A stretch of 64,000 bases of DNA from Phoronis australis (GCA_002633005.1 NMRA01000525.1:80857-144856); one strand, 5' to 3'. Shown: positions 22,395 through 37,300, numbered from the stretch's first letter. Numbers and translations: made by a program. The notes: generated by a model from the sequence alone, not told the origin.

Positions 22395-25300
22395 CTGGAA
22401 TAAAAAGTCATGCAGCGGTATTTTTATTAGTTGCTGATCGACTAGAAATCATATGTTACTGTACACCCATAGTTTAATACTATAACTCGCACCAATTTCA
22501 ACCAAATAAATTGTTTTTTTCAACATTTGAAATAGTAGCATGTCAACCTATGCGTTTTTACCTGTTTGTTATGTTTTTGCAGTTTCTGCAGTGCTACGTC
22601 GTAGCCCTAAAATGCAATGAATTTTATGTACTTGTTATTCATTTTTGACTAAGCTGACAATAAATTTCTCAAATCTTCTTTTTGACTTTTACTGGCAATA
22701 TCTTTTGTCAAAATAATCTCAGATCTGCATCAATTGAAAATTCCCATCACTGTTCGTCTCTCTCTAGCCCACACACACAAATGAGATTTACGAGCTTATG
22801 CTGTACCTATGTAATGCATTTTACCACTTGAACAATTAATATTTGGACTTTTTTCGTCAGTGTTATGATTTTTAATGCCATTGCTGAATAATTGGAGCAA
22901 ACAAAGCTTGATGTGTAGGTACTAGCCAATCAAAAGTGAGAAGCAGCTTGATGTGTAGGTACTAGCCAATCACAAGTGAGAAGCAGCTTGATGTGTAGGT
23001 ACTAGCCAATCACAAGTGAGAAGCAGCTTGATGTGTAGGTACTAGCCAATCACAAGTGAGAAGCAACTTGATGTGTAGGTACTAGCCAATCACAAGTGAG
23101 AAGCAACTTGATGTGTAGGTACTAGCCAATCACAAGTGAGAAGCAGCGAGACCACATGGTCTGCTTGTAAATTTTATTTGAATGGAAAGAAAATAAAATT
23201 ACCCAGAGAATTGCAGTTTTGAAAGACTACAGTAATCGTCCATTTTTGACCACATTATGTTAATTTGTAAACCATATACAGTACACATAAAAATAATGAG
23301 GCAAAATATAGCGTCTCTCATGATGGCAATGAACCAGGCCATTCTAACTACTTCCATAGTGACTTTCGCATGCACTCAACTGCCATGGCAGAGAGTTCCG
23401 GGTCATTTTTCCTCAGATTTTTTGTGTGAACTGTAGGTTAGTTATAGTAAGCCAAAAACGCAGATGGATAAAGGGTCTTCTGGGGGCCGACCCCAGACCA
23501 CACACATCCAAAAAACAACTGTGAGCCATTTGGAGTACCCAGTGAAAAAGTTTTTCCTTTGAAAACTGGTTGGCTCACACTTGCAACATCCTAGATCTAC
23601 ATCATTTCCTAAATAAAGTGAACAGACCTCAGTGGACAAACATAAATGCACTTAATGCCAGAATTCTTTTTCAAAAAGATGAAACTTATGTCGCAACAAA
23701 ATAGCGCTACTGGCAAACAAAAGCAAGAGAAAATTCTGATGTTTCATTACCATACCACCGATTCTTTTCCGTTACACTAGGCAACTATTAGGCAGAATTC
23801 AAGCAACCGGCTAACCCCAAACCTAAGATTTTGGTGAAATTTTGCCCGAGAATGAAAATGAATCGAGAGATGTTACAGCACTTTCACGGATTACAACAGC
23901 GAATCAGCGCTGTCATATTTACTTAAAAAATTGAAAACAATTGTTCAGTGACTTACGACATCAGTCAGAAATTCGGTGTTGCGCCCCACACACCTACTTA
24001 TTAACTAAATCTCACAAGAGCAAAGACTGAGAATATACGCGTGTCAAATGCTCATTAGAAAATTTCAATGAATTACTTCTAGACAATGATGTTCCAATAA
24101 TTACTTGGTGATTAAACTTTTTTCAGCAACTTGTGAGGTGGGAGTGTAAGACCAAATATCTGTTTTAAATCACAATTCATGAGACAGATCCCTGGTATTC
24201 CCAGGCATACAGTAGTTAGCTGGCAATCTATGGTATGTAGGGACCAACCTAAAGATAAACGTTTCTGGGAAACTATGCATAATTGCGGCCACCAAACCAC
24301 GCACAAAAAAGACTTACTTAGTCAAAATTTTGCAAGTTGCATTCTTATTTTCATAGAATGGATATTCAATTGCCTATCTGTATCTTGAATTGTCATGAAA
24401 GCTGAAACTTGTCCTGCTTACTTTGTGAAGCATTGTTAGGCCAGGTAATAGCAAGGTATGATCTCAAAAACAAGAAGAGAAAAGGTGGGATCCAATGAAG
24501 CATAATGCAGTTTTAAGAACTCCTTGGACAGAATCACATTCTAGACAATTTCCTTGGTCAAAGTTGCTCATTTCTGCTCGTTTCAAGTTCGCTTCGTCCG
24601 AAAGTTAAGAGCTCCTCTTACCATCTTTCCATTCGTCCCAGCCTCGTGCCTTCTTCAGTTCGTCCGGGTCATCCTTGTCCAATCTCTCCTCTTTTTCGAT
24701 GTCTTGTCGCTCGCTCTCCCTCTCTCGGAACACCGGGTCATTGGCTTGCATCTGTTTTTGCATGTCACTGAAACAGTTTTCAACACCAGGTAAATCACAG
24801 TGAGCAAACCTTAAGATGGAATCCGCTGTGGATTTGCTCCAGAAGAAAACAAGAAAAACTGTCTTCAGATTGTAAAAGATGCTATGGAATACCATCCGGA
24901 ATAACTGGCACATACAGTAAATACCAAAAGTATAGCTATGGAATACCATCGGGATTGTCATGATCCAAAACAAATGGCACATACAGTAGCTGCCAAAAGT
25001 ATAGCTAAAATGGCCCTGAATTCCCTGTCATATTAATTGGGTGGAAGCTAAATTCAAAGTCAGAGTTGTCTCCCCTCATGAAGCTGGGGAAATAACAGGA
25101 AAGTTAGTGGGGTGGCTAAGCCACTCTGTAATTACAATTTGGACACCCTGAGTTATTACCAATAATTTCTGCTCTTAACAGAATTAGCGGTCATGACCAC
25201 GAAATTGTATTTTGTCTGACTGCTTGTGTCACATACTGAGTAGCAAATTGAGGAAATGAAGACTCCCAAATGATGCCTATTCATTATTTTCTGCCTTTTT

Positions 25301-28300
25301 GTCCTGATGGGAGGCATGTAGTCTTTCTTCACCCTACTAAAACTGTTGTTTAAAGTACTTGCCAAAAACTGTTAAAACCCTGAGAAAAATCAGTGAGATT
25401 TTTTAAGTAAATACCTTAATCACTGGAAGAGTATATGCTATGAACAATCATTTAGCAGCTTGTCGACAGTCATAATCTTTGACTTTCTTTTGATATTAAA
25501 AAATTTAAGACAATTAATGATGGCTTGAAGTGAATGAATGGCAGTTTTCCTATGTTCCTGGGACTTGTTACACCACTATCGCAAAATTCAATCCATGAAT
25601 AAAGCACCCACAGTATAAGTGACACTGCAATCAAAATCGTTGAAATATAGAATTTGCCAATAGTAATTTTTGTGCTGCTTGAAAATAATTCAGAAATCCT
25701 TGTAGATATGAGACGTACCATAAAGTAGTAATAGTCGCAAGAGTCCTGGATATTGAAAATCAGCATGATAACTGTTATTGAGTGGAGAAATTTGGTTCTC
25801 AAAATGCAGTGACTGTTACTATTAAACCTTATGCAATGCTGACTTTGAAAACCATTTTGATTTGGTTCGTGTTTGGGGTGGAATCCTTTTTGATACAGGG
25901 AGTGAGTGTTCCTAACTACATGTGACTGAATGGAATTCAGTGGGTGATTTCATCGCTGCTACCTTATTCAGAAGATTGCACGCTTGTCTTGTCCCTACTT
26001 AGCGCCACTTAGGTCTTAAAGTGACACTACCATTTACATAATGAGTAAAAATATCACGATTATCAATAGGTCACTCACAGCTCAATGAAATTCATACAAA
26101 AATGTGAGGACACTGCATTGTGCCGTCATTATTTCAATCATTTAATATACCCAGGTCCAGGTAATCGCCCAGCGGCTATCTGCTGGTCTGCCCACTCCTC
26201 GATGGTATAAACAGGAAGGCTGGGGTAGCCTGCGCCTAGCACTTTCTTCTGGATATCACTTTTAGTGATGATAAATGGACGAGATAACTGAAACAGCAAA
26301 CTGTACTTAAGACTTATGTCTGACATTCCACTCAGCTATTTTTACGTGAAAAATAATTTTATTAATCAAATCTCACTTGAGCAGAAGTCTCCCAAGAATA
26401 TACAAGTTAAGTAACTGCTAGTTATTAAGATAATTTCAGCAATTATTTTTAGAGTGTGATGCACTCGTAATTACTTGGCGAAATCTTTTTTCACTAATTG
26501 TGAAGTCACAGTGTGAGACCAAAGTTCTAACGTAAGTCTTATGTCACTTTCATGAAACAGACCACTGCTGTTTAAAAGGATACTAAGCCAAGTTTTGACG
26601 ATTTCCACCAATTCTCGTTTTGTCACCTGCTAATGCACCATTGGTGTGAACATTCCAAAATAAAAGAAGGAATCAGCTAAAATCTCATAGAAAGGATATT
26701 GTGGTCCTTGGTGGGTGGTCTTTTCCTACAGTTGGCGTGTAATTCGCTGAAAGCGTAAGTCACGCTTGCTCGTTGATCAGACTTTGAAAGGAGTGTTCAA
26801 ATTTTCCTCTACAGTTCTGAGGGTTGTCAAGGGTTATAGAGCATCGTTTTGTTTCAGAGAACTGGAAGGGAAAGACGTTTTTAGTATCTGATATAGGCCA
26901 AAACCGGGTTTAGTATCCATTTAAACAAAACAGCCGAGTAACTACCTGTGGATTTTTATTGGGTTTTTCCTTTGGTTTGGGTGGGTTTCCTTTGTGTTTT
27001 GCCATGTACTTTAGTATTGGTATTTCCTCTGAAATAACAAGCAAATCTTGAAACTAGTATGTCGGTATTAACTCAAAATCAAGACGTCGGTATCTTGCTT
27101 GTCGTATATGCACAAGTCACACTTAGCTCCACATTGCTTTTTCTAAATTAACGAGTTTTCAACAAAAATTTTCACTCATTATCGTAAGACTGCGTACGTT
27201 TGTCAAAGTAACTACAACACATATACGTGTCCATGTGTGGTGAGGGTGTGTCGTATCTGTACAGTGTCGTATCTGTACAGTGTCGTATCTGTACAGTGTC
27301 GTATCTGTACAGTGTCGTATCTGTACAGTGTCGTATCTGTACAGTGTCGTATCTGTACAGTGTCGTATCTGTACAGTGTCGTATCTGTACAGTGTCGTAT
27401 CTGTACACGTTAACATACACATTTATCAAGAGAGAACACAAGATACAACTACTTAACAAAAACAACAAAAAGTAATCATATAAAACTGACACAAAATGTC
27501 TCCAACACTGCAAGTATATGTTACTTTGTATAGTGACACATTACATCTATTTTACATTATACATAATAATGAAATTTTGTAATTGGCTAAACTGTGGAAT
27601 ATTGCCTTTAGTTTTCAGTTTAGATTTAAAATTCTAGTTTATAAGCAAAAAAATTATATTGTAAACTAATGCTTTCTTAGAAGAATCAAAAAAATCAAAC
27701 AGAGCTATTCTCACTAAAGATATGGTTTAGCCAATAGAATAATCTAATCCATAATGGTTTAGCCAATGGAATAATCTAATCCATAATGGTTAAACACAGA
27801 ATGTAACGCCCAAACATGTCATTCTATGAGTGTCAGGGGCATGAGTACAGACAGTACAAGATCATAATTGACTATCATGGCAATTTTTTGCAAAAAACTA
27901 TTGGTTGGAATAACTTTGTGAATCAGCCTAAATTGAAACCAAAGTTAATGTTAAATAGACATGTTTTTTGTCGAAGATATTTACACTACGTGAAAATCTG
28001 TGAAACTTTCCCTAGTTCCTATTCAAAACAATTCAAAAGCAATCTCAAATCATGGTAAAAATAAAATAACGGGGGTTCACCAAATTTGAGATCTACCAAC
28101 ATGTTTAGTATAACAGCGAATCTTTGATTTTCGCAATCACGCAAAATGGTCAGAATTCACAGAATTTGTCTCGTTTCACAGAATTAGAGGTTTCATGCAC
28201 AATTCACAGAATTCAGTTGCACTATATAACACAGTTCTAATATTTCAGTTTTTTTACCAAAAGGTAAGAAAAACAATCCATTAAATTTCATGATTCTGGT

Positions 28301-31300
28301 CACAAATTGATTGACGGCCGTTTTGCAGAAGACATGTTTCAGTAGTTATCCATTCATTCTCGAGGTGGCGCTGTTCTTTTTGCAGGTTTGTGAAACAACC
28401 AACAATGCATGCAGCAGCTGTAAAATGTAGCTGGGACATAGTTTAGTGGAAAAAGTAAAGCAGGTCCCTATTGTTATTTATCATTCTGAAAATATAAACG
28501 GAATTTGCAAATTTACAAATTGGAAAAAAGACAAAATTTCTTGTTTGATAAATGATTTCTCCGTTTTTGAAAATAGAAAATCGGGGTCTGTAACAAGACT
28601 ACCAAAATGTTGTGGTCTTTTAACCAATTACAGAATTAAGTGCTCCTAAAATGCCAGGTCTTGCATAACCGCCACGGGGTCTTGCATAACCGTCACTGGA
28701 AGGGATCGTGCACTTAATCAAGCCAACATGGCAGTGCAATTTGCAATTAACAGGGCTTAGAACAATGACAAAACAAAGGAAAATTTTCCAGATGTGTTGT
28801 TCCACAAATAAATAGGCTTGAGTGATAGAAATATCTTTTGTGTTGTAAACTTTAACTGAAATAAACGTTTTCGCATGAATAAAGTTAAAATAATGATAAA
28901 AAGAGCCGCAAACCGAGGAAACTGGAAATCAAAAGAGAGGGAATTGAAACAAAAAAGGAAGTCGTCTTAAAAGAGGAAAATTCCAAGCCCTGATGTAAAC
29001 AAACGTATAATAAATTTGGTCATAAACAGATAGAACTCGAGCAAACATTTTTAAGTCTGGTCATAATTTCATGTTAATATACATGTAGGTAGAACTCACG
29101 TTTTATACTGTCAATCTCATCTTCACTTATCATAACCCAATTTTTAAGTAGCGTTAAGTAGTATTCCCGCTGAAATGACAAGCTTCAAATTAGAATGGCT
29201 TTGAAGAAAAACAAACTGAAAAATATTAAACAAATTTCACTTAAAATTCCCAAATGATCAGATAATTCCGATTAGCTCTTAACATAAATGCTTGCAATAC
29301 CTCAAATACTAGACGTCTGTTTCATAAACAATGATTTCAGACTTCAGTCAGAAATTTGGTCTTACGCTCCTCTTAACTATTTCTAAAAAATAATTAATCT
29401 CACTTGAGTAAAAGTGCTAAGAGTCTGAGAACAGTCACAAGATTACTAGTAAACGAGAAGATTTCTATAAATTACTTATAGACTGGGATGCGTTCATAAT
29501 TACTTGACTAAACTATTTTTCAGCAAATGTGAATTGGGAGCCAATTTCTGTCTTGAGTCTTGCATCACTTTCATCATACACACACTTGAGTACGTGTGTG
29601 CTTACCACAGAAAAAACAACTTACTCACTGAATGCAATCCTAGACATGCTACAGAACAAAAGTTTAAGGTTCAACTTTGTTGCAAAATTTCCTGTCCAGA
29701 GAGCAGGCAAGTACAAAAAATGTAATACAAACAATGTAATACAAACAATGTAATACAAACAATGTAATACATTCCCCAGTTATCAACTGTATCAAAAGCA
29801 GACAAAGTTCATCAAGGACTGCAAAAATGTTGTTTTAAAAAACATGTTTAACAGACAACTTGTTAGGGCTGTTCCAGCAAAATCTGTATGGGAGGGGGGA
29901 AGGCACCGCCCATGATTTTCATTTATTTCTCCAACCCATGACCTATAATTTTTTAATTATTTTTAATAGGTTAAAATATAAAATCCAACACTTGCAAACA
30001 AATTGCCTCCAGGAGGACCTGTTAAGAACTTAGATGATTGACAGACAAGAACTAGTTGTCTTGTCCAATATTGTCAAAAACTAAAGTAGCCTGTGAGCAA
30101 TACTTTTGGCAGCCACCAGGTGTCTCTGTTAACCACGTGTCTATAATTTCAATGAACATTTTTTCAATTATAAGGATCTATGAATCTCAAACTGTCTCCA
30201 CGAACTCTTTTATACTTCTATGTCAAGTGAATATTGGAACTTGTTTATCTTACTCCTCATACTTTTTATTTAAAAATCATCAATTTTCTTATATGTGTTA
30301 ACACCAGTTTAGTGTTGCATAACTTTTCAATTCAGTAGGACTGCAGACAAACAGTTGGCTCAAATCAAGTTGCCCATGACTTGATTAATGGCTTAGTGAA
30401 CATATTGCACTCTGTTCACTGGCAATATGGGCTTTTTTGTATTGGGATAAGTTAGGATATATGCCAATTGCATTTTTTTTTTAGTTTATATGGCTGAAGT
30501 AACCAACCTGTCAACATTAACAGGTCAAAAAATACCACCCATTTGTAATGCATCACTTGTTACAGGAACGACCACCCATAATTTGAGTTTTTTTCTGAAG
30601 ACCACCACCCATGAATTTTTATTTCTACTGCCGTCCCCCCCCTCCCACACGGATTTTACTGGAACAGCCCTTACATATTCTAATCTCCAGGGGTGGATTT
30701 AGAGGGGGGCAAAGGGGGCCATGGCCCCCTTAAAATTCTCCCCGATTCCATCTGGCAGTTCGGGTGTGCAAATCTCTAAGGGGCAAAATCCTGACTTATA
30801 CTCTGCCCTGGCCCCACCAACTCAAAATCCTGGATCTGCTCCTGATCTCATATTTACACATTCAGTATGAGTCTGGTAATCCTATCCTGAATTGAAATCT
30901 CTAAGTTTCGGAATGTCAGACACTCTCAAGCAGAGTCAAACGAACAAAGAATGATACACTGAGCATGTGTCCAGCTTTCCAAATATCCAGGTGCCGGTAA
31001 TGCAATTCGTTGTGCATTCAGTAAATTAGTGGGCTGATTTGACAATAATTCTGACACAAAATACTGACTGGCACCAAAGCAATGAACAACATACGAAAGG
31101 CCTTACCATAGACATCACATAGACCAGGCGCATGCCACTCAGATACATGCACCTCGCGTTGTCACTATGACGCCATATTGGAGAGTGCTACACAGGACAA
31201 AAATGGCGGAAAACACTGGGAGCCCTACGGCATCAGTCAGGAAATGCAGGGGCTCTCAGTGTTATTCCTGCAGCCAAAGAGTTACGTTTCTTGGTCCTAC

Positions 31301-34300
31301 CATTATGTCATTGGTTTTTTGGTTCGGCCGTGGAGTTTAGTTGTGCTGTTTTTATGTTCTGCCACCATACTTTAAGCGGAGTGACTATGCGATGTTTCCA
31401 AATCAGTCTTGGTGATTGACACCATATAAGATCAATTAAAAAGATAATTATTGACCACCATCTGCTATTATCTAATGATGATGCTGTTTGTCAATTATAC
31501 TTAAGCAAATATTTGGTATTAATGACAATCATATGAATTTTTACTTGTACTGAAAAATAACATCCCCAAAATTACTCGCCAGCCATTGAAATCAGTACAT
31601 CTAAGTGAACAATCTATTCTCTATTGAAATATATACTGCTTTAAAAACTCATTTCTTAATATGTATTCCAAAATCAGATGCTTTCTGTTGTATCAAAATA
31701 AACAAATTCCTGCAAAATCTGTGCTTATGTCGAAGTTGATATTGGAATTTTTTTTAGATTTGCACTGCTTGCTTACAAGCTCTCTGCTTTGTGACGAAAC
31801 TTGCGCAAAAAAGTAAAGTACACAGTAACCAAAATATCAAACCAGTGTGACTGAATTGCGCATCCAACCTTTACCCAAAATACAGAATTTCCCACTCGAA
31901 AGCAAATGGAAATATACCCAACCAAGCCAATGTAGCATTAATTATGACCCCGTGAAAAATGACCCTGGTTAGTTTTTTCACAGGGTATAAATTTAATGTG
32001 AAGAATTTTCAACCCATGAAAAAATGACCTCACATCTGTGAAAATCTGTCCCGTCATTATTCAATGGTTCCCTGCAACAGGGGGTTGGGATAAACAGACA
32101 GTGTGCGTGGGAGAAGAATTCATTTTAAATTTCTCGGCTGAGCGTAGCGCAGTACGTATATCAGATTAAGGGCGGGGATGGATAGGAACGGTTGGAAATA
32201 ATGTGTGGGAGTGGGGGTGATCTCTTTGTGAGCACACAATTACACGGTGTTTGGATACTGCAAAATGCCACCAAGTGCCTGGTGCTTGATCGGGGGGACT
32301 TCAGATCCGTGAGAGAGGAATACCGTGCGTGAGAGAAGAATATTTGTACGTTGGCAATTCCGAGCGATGCACAGGTAAAAAACTGAGTCTGCGTTCTATG
32401 CTTTTTACATTACAGCGTTCTAACTTTTTGAGTTGTATATCACAAGTAGGGTGGATGACCGCTGTAGCCAATATCTTACCCTAACGACTGATTAAGTCCA
32501 TTCTGGCAATTAGGGTTGGAGGGTCAGCTCTCTTTTGTTCGATAATTGCTCTTATCTCCGACAAGATCGTATCTTGTATCCTCACTGGGCTGTGCTGTTA
32601 AAAACAAGTTAAAGGAGTATGCCCTCCCCAAAAAAAAAACATTTTTATCAATTTAGATCGAGTAGTTCTACTCGATTACGGCACGTTCGGTTGCGTTACC
32701 TGACACCTGACGGCAGACAGCGGTGTTGAAATTATCCAATGACGTAATTGGTTTCACACGCAGTCTGCTCAGCAGTTCACAACACGGGTTACTGGTGTCA
32801 GGTTATCATTTGACTTCATCGTTTAACATCGATAAATATTATCGAACTTCGATGTGAAACCCTTAACAAGAGCAACGCAGAGCGTTGAAATGCGCCCACA
32901 ATTGCACCGTATACGGTATCCTTCTAGGGTTGTTTATTGGTACCATAAAGTGGCCAGTAGAGGGCATATATGAAGTATGTTGTACTTTGCAAAATGGAAA
33001 GGCATGGTACTTGTCTCCTCAATAGGCTAGGGGCAAAATGTGAGTAATCTTCATAATACAAGCACATCCTATACACCAGTTGCTTAAAGCACCACAGAAA
33101 CATAAAATTAAAAACAAATTTACCAACATACGAGATTAGCACAGCATTAGAATGCCAGAAACAANNNNNNNNNNNNNNNNNNNNNNNNNNNNNNNNNNNN
33201 NNNNNNNNNNNNNNNNNNNNNNNNNNNNNNNNNNNNNNNNNNNNNNNNNNNNNNNNNNNNNNNNNNNNNNNNNNNNNNNNNNNNNNNNNNNNNNNNNNNN
33301 NNNNNNNNNNNNNNNNNNNNNNNNNNNNNNNNNNNNNNNNNNNNNNNNNNNNNNNNNNNNNNNNNNNNNNNNNNNNNNNNNNNNNNNNNNNNNNNNNNNN
33401 NNNNNNNNNNNNNNNNNNNNNNNNNNNNNNNNNNNNNNNNNNNNNNNNNNNNNNNNNNNNNNNNNNNNNNNNNNNNNNNNNNNNNNNNNNNNNNNNNNNN
33501 NNNNNNNNNNNNNNNNNNNNNNNNNNNNNNNNNNNNNNNNNNNNNNNNNNNNNNNNNNNNNNNNNNNNNNNNNNNNNNNNNNNNNNNNNNNNNNNNNNNN
33601 NNNNNNNNNNNNNNNNNNNNNNNNNNNNNNNNNNNNNNNNNNNNNNNNNNNNNNNNNNNNNNNNNNNNNNNNNNNNNNNNNNNNNNNNNNNNNNNNNNNN
33701 NNNNNNNNNNNNNNNNNNNNNNNNNNNNNNNNNNNNNNNNNNNNNNNNNNNNNNNNNNNNNNNNNNNNNNNNNNNNNNNNNNNNNNNNNNNNNNNNNNNN
33801 NNNNNNNNNNNNNNNNNNNNNNNNNNNNNNNNNNNNNNNNNNNNNNNNNNNNNNNNNNNNNNNNNNNNNNNNNNNNNNNNNNNNNNNNNNNNNNNNNNNN
33901 NNNNNNNNNNNNNNNNNNNNNNNNNNNNNNNNNNNNNNNNNNNNNNNNNNNNNNNNNNNNNNNNNNNNNNNNNNNNNNNNNNNNNNNNNNNNNNNNNNNG
34001 AAAACGGCAGGATAGCGTCATCTCACTACTAGGTGCCTACATACCAAATTTCATGAAAATCCGTTCAGGACTTTTGAAGATACAAAGGTAAGCGTAAAAA
34101 GCTAAAATTGCCACTAGGGGGCACACCGGTAGTCGGATCCGTCCGAAAGTTCGCACATGCCGTCCCATTCATGAATGGAACATATGTGCCAAATTTCATG
34201 AACGTATGTCAAAGGGTTTTGGAGATAGAGCAGCGGACGCCAGACGCCGGACGCCGGACGGACGCCGCCCGGACGGACGGACGGACGGACGGAGATGACG

Positions 34301-37300
34301 GCATAATGCGTCCACATATAAATATGTGGGCGCATAAAAATACACCAAGTTCTTATAAAACGTGTTGTTTTATTTCGCTGTTACGGATTTACAATTTGGA
34401 CACACCGTAGCCTAGTTCGGCAGGTCAATTTACCAAGGTCCATAGCATGAGTTTGGGGTCTGTTCAGAGATAAATTCGAAGTGTTCTTCCGTGAAATACA
34501 GATGGAGAACCTAGAACTGTGATGTTTAGACTTATGATTCTTTGAGTTCTAAACACACAAAACGCTTGTTATCCCGACCAGGGCTCGGAACCAGATCAGG
34601 CCCGTCGCGGCCGGACTGACTCATTATCCCGGCCAGTGGCTCGGAACCCGATCAGGCCCGTCGCGGCCACCGGGACTGGCACGAACATAAACCAGCTTGA
34701 GTTGGAAACTAAACCGACAGTCAAGAAAAGACTATAACAGTGAGCCAAAGAAATAATAGGAATTAGCCACGAAACTGAAAATCTACTTACTAATTGTCGG
34801 GGGCCGCAAAGTCGGCAGGTTCCCTTTCCACAGACCGTCAGGGCAAAGGTTATACAGTAACAATGATTTGAATAATGTATTTTATTGTATTTCTGAATAA
34901 AGATTACCCTAACATGTGACCATAGATATAAAATTGAGTAATTGTTTCACAACAGCTTTCTGTCAGCAAACACTGAATTAGCATGCACTCACACGGCCTC
35001 GGTGCCCGGTCATTGGCGGCAAAACCCAGTAACGCAGTGGTTTATTCATTGCTGGCTTCTCAACATTTGCACTCACGAATATTGCAAAGGCATTACAAAT
35101 TGTATCTAATGAGACAGACTTTGTTTCAGTTTTATATAAGCATTGGTTAGGATGAGAATAATTCATTTTGAAACAGAACGCAGAATAATAAACGTCTACA
35201 TGGCAACTCGCCCGGCACCAATCCCGACTTAGTTAGTCAACAGCTCATCCGACGAAGACTTCACGAATCAGATCGGTAGGTTTCACAGCTATCAATATGA
35301 ACCGGAATACACTGTGCAGATTAAGAAATACTAGAGGCGCCGTGAACATGCACAGGCAACGGAACGTATGGATAGTTCTTTGGTAAGCCGGAATTCGTCA
35401 GACTATCGACGAAATGCCGATCACAGACATGGAGATGTTTCACAGCCTCATACTTGTAATTAACAGCGTACCTTTCGTTCTTCACTACCACGAGCCACTT
35501 TCTAAGCATTTCGGGCTCTCGAGGAAGTCGGAAAAACTATATACCCGCTTTCTTCACAGCTTCATAGTTCGGACAAGCAGGAACCGATGCACCGCAATAT
35601 AGCGGCATTCACTCTGCAGACGAACCACTGACGTCGCTGTGTCGTTTCTCACGTTCCTCACAGGTTAATGTGACACCTCTTGGCAAGGTGAGGTCGACCA
35701 TATAAAAGGTGATGTGGATATAGACCAATTAAGATGGTAAAAAAGACAAACTAAATCGGGTGGCATTCTCCTTTAAGTTATAGAATGTTTGAACATAAAC
35801 CAATGACATTTCTGGATTGCCCATGATCAAGCTTATAGTTTTTGAATCACCAAAATCACCCAACAACAATAAGTTAAGACAATCTCTTCTGTCCGAACGT
35901 ACCAACGTACTGGGTTTGACTGTGTTCAAATGTGATTGGTAGATAATTTATCTGCATGTTGTCCTACCAGACAAAAGACTATGCTCGGCAGTTATCAAAG
36001 GAGCTAGGTGTTATCACATGCTCACAACCACTGTACTGAATGGGAGAACACCCTAATGAACTTTAAAAATCTGTCATTTATTTATATGACCTCAATGAGG
36101 TCATTTTTCACAGTATTTCCCATTAACTTCAGATCCCATTAAAAGCAACCCGGGTCATATTTTAATTTTACAAAGTTACCCGGGGTCATTGTTCAACACT
36201 CCATGAAAAGGCTTATTGGGGCACCACGAAAGTATGTTCCGAGTGAGCGGCACGTCTCCTGGATATAATGTATTTGCATCGAGCGACACGAATTAAATGA
36301 TAAATTTGGGTAAATCTTAGTGATTTCTCTTGAAAAAAAAACAAAAAAACGAAACGCTCGCAGTGGACTGACAGGCGTGCAGCCGCTCAGGCCACGAGAG
36401 TCTGCCACTGGTTGCGATCTTTTAATAGTTTGATACTTTCCCTATCGACTGAATAACTTTTAAAAAATGCATGTAAGCGCTACATCACATGTTTTTGTAT
36501 GTTTCTGGAAAAAATCACACTCTTCGGCCTCTTTAGTTGCTTTAAAAAGGACAATTTACCCCATTTGTTTACACGGCAATTAGCCGTGTCACGCGACTAG
36601 TAGCACTCTCCAACATGGCATCAAGTTGTCAGCTGTAGTAGCGCGTGCGCCCGATCTATAGTATTAATGTCTATGGGCCTTACACATAAGCATCAGTTTG
36701 GGTAACAATTAATACCCCTGAATTCGAGGGGAACTGCTGCGCAGTAGTTTTCCAAGATATTCCAGTCAAAACCCCGGACAGATGGATACCAGGCAAAAAT
36801 AATGTAATCTTTAAAAACATTTGACTATTTGCCTTTTTTACTACAAAATTTGTTCTAATTTCGACGAAAAATTCTCTTCAGATTTTTTGAAGACTACTGT
36901 ATTTCATGACCAAACATCAATCGCTCATGGACATCCTCCACAGGAAAATGCCATCTACCAACTTTTAAACAGGCAGGCATGAGTTCTGGTACCTTCAGTA
37001 CTAACCTTGACCTCATCGTCAACATGTTCTCTGTTAACAGCTTCGTAGAGTTCCTTCAACCGTGCCTCTGTTTCCTTCTGTTGTTTATACCGTTGCATCT
37101 TCGCCTGCCTGTCTTCCCTGGGTGGTAAGCTTGGCATGCTGACAATAAGATAGTGTGGAATGGTAACTCAACAAAAGAACAGCAGTCAGAAAACTGCGAA
37201 TAACTCAAAAACGGTAAGTAGTAGAAAGGAAATTCAATGGATATCACACTCAGTAGCACTTGGTGGGATCTATTCAGTGGCACATAATCAATTTTCAGAC

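Larger units (their letters stand above)
31107..36675 (-). mobile_element. P-element-like DNA transposon (CATAGA termini, 8-bp TSD) carrying a THAP pseudo-ORF
   Basis: Perfect TSD GGCCTTAC at 31099-31106 and 36676-36683. Imperfect TIRs of about 80 bp, CATAGACAT...GCCATRTTGGAGAGTGCTA, at both ends. Spans the assembly gap. Confidence 0.8.

Noticed and set aside
27159-27513. Repetitive-peptide ORFs (also 3098-3295, 42445-43166, 48856-49220)
   Set aside because: These are translations of minisatellites, not genes.
32924-34021. Long ORFs of 365 aa and 287 aa in the ORF track
   Set aside because: Artefacts of translating through the N gap.
35537-35539. In-frame TAG in the THAP ORF as possible readthrough or recoding
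   Set aside because: The downstream sequence also decays and lies in a transposon. A nonsense mutation is the simpler explanation, and host genes use TAG as a stop (IGBP1).
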